Shown in pieces: positions 60,195 through 64,000 of a stretch of 64,000 nucleotides of DNA; position 1 is the first letter of the stretch, and each line of letters opens with the position of its first letter. Both the position numbers and the translations under genes were made by a program. The DNA comes from Macrostomum lignano (taxonomy: Eukaryota), in the NCBI GenBank assembly GCA_002269645.1, contig NIVC01001308.1, forward strand, positions 62,001 to 126,000. The letters run 5' to 3'. The notes beneath the pieces were generated by a model. It had not been told where the DNA came from, made no database searches, and saw only the letters and a program-made list of their open reading frames with translations.

Positions 60195-63100
60195 CTAGGC
60201 AACGGGAGCACCAGTTTTCCATCTTGACGCCTGCGCCGCCGCAGGCGGGGCGGTGGCCGCCAGTGGGAAGTAGGGGTAGCTGGGCGCCCACTGGCTTCTG
60301 GCGTTGAAGCTCCTGCCCTCCTCTTTGTCGATTTCCACTCGGCCGAACATGCACTCGGCGTAGCTGGGCGGCGCTGCAATGCAAGGCGGAGCAATTCCTG
60401 TTTTTTATTGGGATCTTAGCACTTCTACAATAGAATCTGAGCACTCTACAATAGAATCTGAGCACTCTACAATAGAATCTGAGCACTCTACAATAGAATC
60501 TGAGCACTCTACAATAGAATCTGAGCACTCTACAATAGAATCTGAGCACTTCTACAACCGAATCTGAGCACTCTACAATAGAATATGAGCACTTCTACAA
60601 TAGAATCTGAGCACTTCTACAATAGAATCTGAGCACTCTACAATAGAATCTGAGCACTCTACAATAATATCTGAGCACTCTACAATAGAATCTGAGCACT
60701 CTACAATAATATCTGAGCACTCTACAATAGAATCTGAGCACTCTACAATAATATCTGAGCACTCTACAATAGAATCTGAGCACTCTACAATTCTTCGTTC
60801 AGTTAAAAACAGCTGATGGAAAGCCATATGCTGTAAGTACACTGACATGCTTTCGCGCCTGTGCACCGGTATTTATTAGAGAAGCGAAATCTGAAGCTGA
60901 TTGGCAACGATGCGTTCTTATCGTTTGATCGAACGTACAAGGCTTTGTTGGTCAAATCGCTTCAGCAAAAAAAGGCTGTAGGCAGCGGTCCAAAGTACTG
61001 TCCAATTGACGACAAAGACTTCAACCGCCTACGCCTCTATTTCGATCGTTCGACGCCAACTTGACTGCAATTTGAAGTTCTGTTCAAGATTGTTTATGGC
61101 TTTGGTTTTCGCGGCAGGGAGTGGCTGCGAGAGTTGACTAAGGCCGATGTGATAATTTACGAGTGTGATGGTGTTCGCTATGTGGACCTGCTGAAGACAT
61201 CTATCGAAAAAACTGTGTCTGATAGTAATCCGTCGACATCTAAGAGCTTTATCTTAGCCGAGACACCGGATTATCCAGGCTCATGTCCTGTACGGGCGAT
61301 TGAGTTGTATCTGTGGGTCATTCCAGAAGATGTTGCCTGTCTCTGGCCCAAGCCTTTGAATCAAGCCGACAAAGACGGTATGTGGTACCACAAGACCCTG
61401 GTGCTTGGTAAGAATTGGTAAGATCAGGCTGGTCTGAGTTGCCGTTCCCACACAAATCATTGCATTCGAGCGTTGGTAGTGTCAAACCTTATCGAAGATG
61501 AAGTCACTAGATCAGACATTCAAGTCGTAACCGGCCACAAAAGAATCGAGAGTGTGGACCTCTACAACAAGAGAATGAAGTTCTCGAAGAAGGTAGATCT
61601 ATCAAACACTATTAGTCGTCGACTGGCTGTTCCAGGCCGGTCTGAAACAAGCTTTACCGCATCGAACACGTCGGTTGTATCGACTGGAGACGTAATCGAG
61701 AGATCGGCTACCGACTGCTCGACTAGCTCTGTTGTGCCGACTACGAACTCATTCACGAGATCAGCTACCAACTACTCTATTGCAGTCGGCAGTTCACAGA
61801 GTGCAAGCTCACTGTTTGAAAATTGCAAGTTTGAAAATTGTACGTTTAACTTTAATCAATCAAACTAAGGTCAGGAGGTATTCCGCGTGAGAAATCTAAA
61901 GACTGTCAATGGACTATATATCTAATGTTTATCTCATGTTAATGTTAATATCTAATATTAGCTGAAAATATACACATAGTTTCTTTGTGCCCACTTGGGG
62001 CCATAGACAACTTTTGCTGGCGGGCAGACATCGTAGCTTTCACCCTCGTTTCGGCAGGCTTAGGACTGCTACAATACAATCTGAGCACTCTACAATAGAA
62101 TCTGAGCACTTTACAACAGAATATGAGCACTCTACAATAGAATCTGAGCACTTTACAACAGAATATGAGCACTCTACAATAGAATATGAGCACTCTACAA
62201 TACAATCTGAGCACTCTACAATAGAATCTCAGCACTCTACAATGGAATCTGAGCACTCTACAATAGAATCTGAGCACTTCTACAATACAATCTCAGCACT
62301 CTACAATGGAATCTGAGCACTCTACAACAGAATCTGTGCACTTCTACAATAGAATCTGGGCACTTCTAAAATAGAATCTGAGCACTCTACAATAGAATCT
62401 GAGCGCTCTACAATAGAATCTGAGCACTTCTGCAATAGAATCTGAGCACTCTACAACAGAATCTGTGCACTCTACAATAGAATCTGAGCACTCTACAAAG
62501 GAATCTCAGCACTCTACAATGGAATCTGAGCACTCTACAACAGAATCTGTGCACTTCTACAATAGAATCTGGGCACTTCTAAAATAGAATCTGAGCACTC
62601 TACAATAGAATCTGAGCGCTCTACAATAGAATCTGAGCACTCTCATTAGGGTCTGAGCATTCTCATTAGGGTCTAAGCACTCTCTTAAGTTAAAGAAGAA
62701 TCGCCGAAGATTCAGGCGATCGCTCATCTTTGATAGCTTACGCGGAATAACCTGGCCACCAGGCTGCGGCTGCTGTTTGATGACGTCACTCATTGGCGCC
62801 GTTGGCAGCGGCGGTGGCATTCCGAAAGTCGACCAGAGCGGCACGCTGCCGATCAGCAGCTCGCAGCACTCTTTCTTCACCGACAGGCAGCAGCCGCCGT
62901 CTGCGTTTAGCTGGACACAGGATGAAAAAATGTACGAGTGCACTTTGATTGCTACTGATGTACTTTTGATGGCACTCGTGTACTTTTAACGGTACTGATG
63001 TACTTTTGACGGTACTAGTGTACTTTTAACGATCCTGATGTACTTTTGGTACTAAATTGGTGAATGTTACTAAAAAACTTATAACGTTACTGGTGTACTT

Positions 63101-63448
63101 CTCATGAAATTGAGTACATTTATAATAGTACAGATACATGTAATTTAAATTTCTAATGTTGATATGATACACTTTCAAGATAAGCGAGGTCGGCAATAAG
63201 CTTTTATTCGTTCCTTTAGAATCAGATTACTTGATAAAAATAACTTCTAAATAGTAATTTCAACCTACTCGAAAGTAGTAGTGCACGCGTATATTGTTGC
63301 AGCCTTCAATGTGCGAACTGGGCACGGGGTTGACCGGCAGAAGATGGTTGAGCTGCATCGACTGGCCCTGCTCAATGCCGGACAGGCTGACAGAGGACGC
63401 CACGCGGGACGAAGTTTTGCGCTTGCTGGGCGTTATGAATATGCTTTG
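60195..63448 (-). CDS. Alpha-arrestin paralog D, last three exons (5' exons not found in the window)
   Basis: Exons 63269-63448, 62742-62910 and 60195-60373 are open and match paralog A exons 4-6 in phase (exons 4 and 5 also in size). ELLIGSVPL, PPSY and APSY motifs. Confidence 0.85.
60415..62645. repeat. 21-bp minisatellite (TCTGAGCACTCTACAATAGAA)n in two blocks flanking a Crypton relic
   Basis: Same-orientation blocks at about 60415-60790 and 62070-62645 in arrestin D intron 5. Confidence 0.95.
60790..62070 (+). mobile_element. Crypton-type tyrosine recombinase element relic (DUF3504-like)
   Basis: One frame at 60861-61868 with two internal stops. Catalytic-type motifs GFRGRE, TNHCIR, TGHK and DLY, CPVRAIELY, and a C-terminal FENCKFENCTFNF typical of Crypton-derived proteins. 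Confidence 0.8.
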
Positions 63449-63599
63449 CTGCAATGGCGGGATGGAATGTAGGAACTTGGGTTAGTTAAGTGAAATTATG
63501 TCAGAAATCGATGCTAGTCCTGTACTCTACAACTCACTTGAACGTTACAGAATTCTAAACAGTATTTCTTTTTACAAACAGAATACTCTGTGCTTGATT

Positions 63600-63880
63600 G
63601 TGCACAGGGTCAGGTGGGCTAACGCCCCCAACTGCCCCTGTCCTTCCCCCGCCCTCCGCAGGGCCCTGCTTGGACTCAACCGCAGGGACATCAGGGCGGT
63701 AACCATGGGCCCTCTCGGGTCCGCTACCTGAGGGCTACAGGGCGAGCGACAATCCACCTCCTGGACTCTCCTGAGGGGGACCATGCTGCACCACCGGATT
63801 TCCCTGCGCGACACCGCAGCACCAGGGGTTAAGCGGAATGGGCGGTGACGCCTCCCCCTGTATCCGGAGCCCCATGCAGC
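63600..63880 (+). mobile_element. Possible non-LTR retrotransposon 3' fragment
   Basis: GC-rich segment translating to ALLGLNRRDIRAVT, reminiscent of the post-RT/RNase H region of R1/LOA-type LINEs; degenerate. Confidence 0.3.
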
Positions 63881-64000
63881 CAAGTCAAGTGCTTAACTTT
63901 TTACAAGCCTTGATGTGTTGGACTTCATAGATCCTCTACTAAACTGAATAATCAGACATCAGACAACAAAACAAAGACTGCAGGATTAAAAGCCCTGGTC

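Overview
Repeat-rich invertebrate eukaryotic DNA with GT-AG introns; no prokaryotic operons, rRNA, true tRNA genes or CRISPR arrays were seen. Host genes: an IAP-like BIR-UBA-RING gene (-), a 7-exon secreted protein of unknown function (+), a tandem cluster of five alpha-arrestin paralogs on the - strand (one complete, one apparently intact but lacking a resolved last exon, two pseudogenes, one running off the window end), and a fibrinogen-domain pseudogene. About 16 different minisatellite arrays sit in introns and intergenic DNA. Mobile elements include a P-superfamily relic, a Crypton-type tyrosine recombinase relic, SINEs, hAT-like MITEs and solo LTRs. The centre (30.7-45.9 kb) is a young nested pair of Ty3/gypsy elements. 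A Mag-type element was split in-frame by a 10.6-kb retrovirus-like element with identical LTRs. The inner element is the most unusual feature. Its ORF1 is a single 1541-aa polyprotein ordered Gag - internal signal peptide - herpes-gB-like envelope ectodomain with furin site - TM - cytoplasmic tail carrying YPxI, PTAP and PPxY late-domain motifs - aspartic protease. RT-RH-IN follows in a -1 overlapping ORF at an AUGCUGA start-stop overlap. A small, putatively myristoylated RING ORF occupies the position where env normally lies. All family assignments come from motif recognition by eye; no database searches were run.
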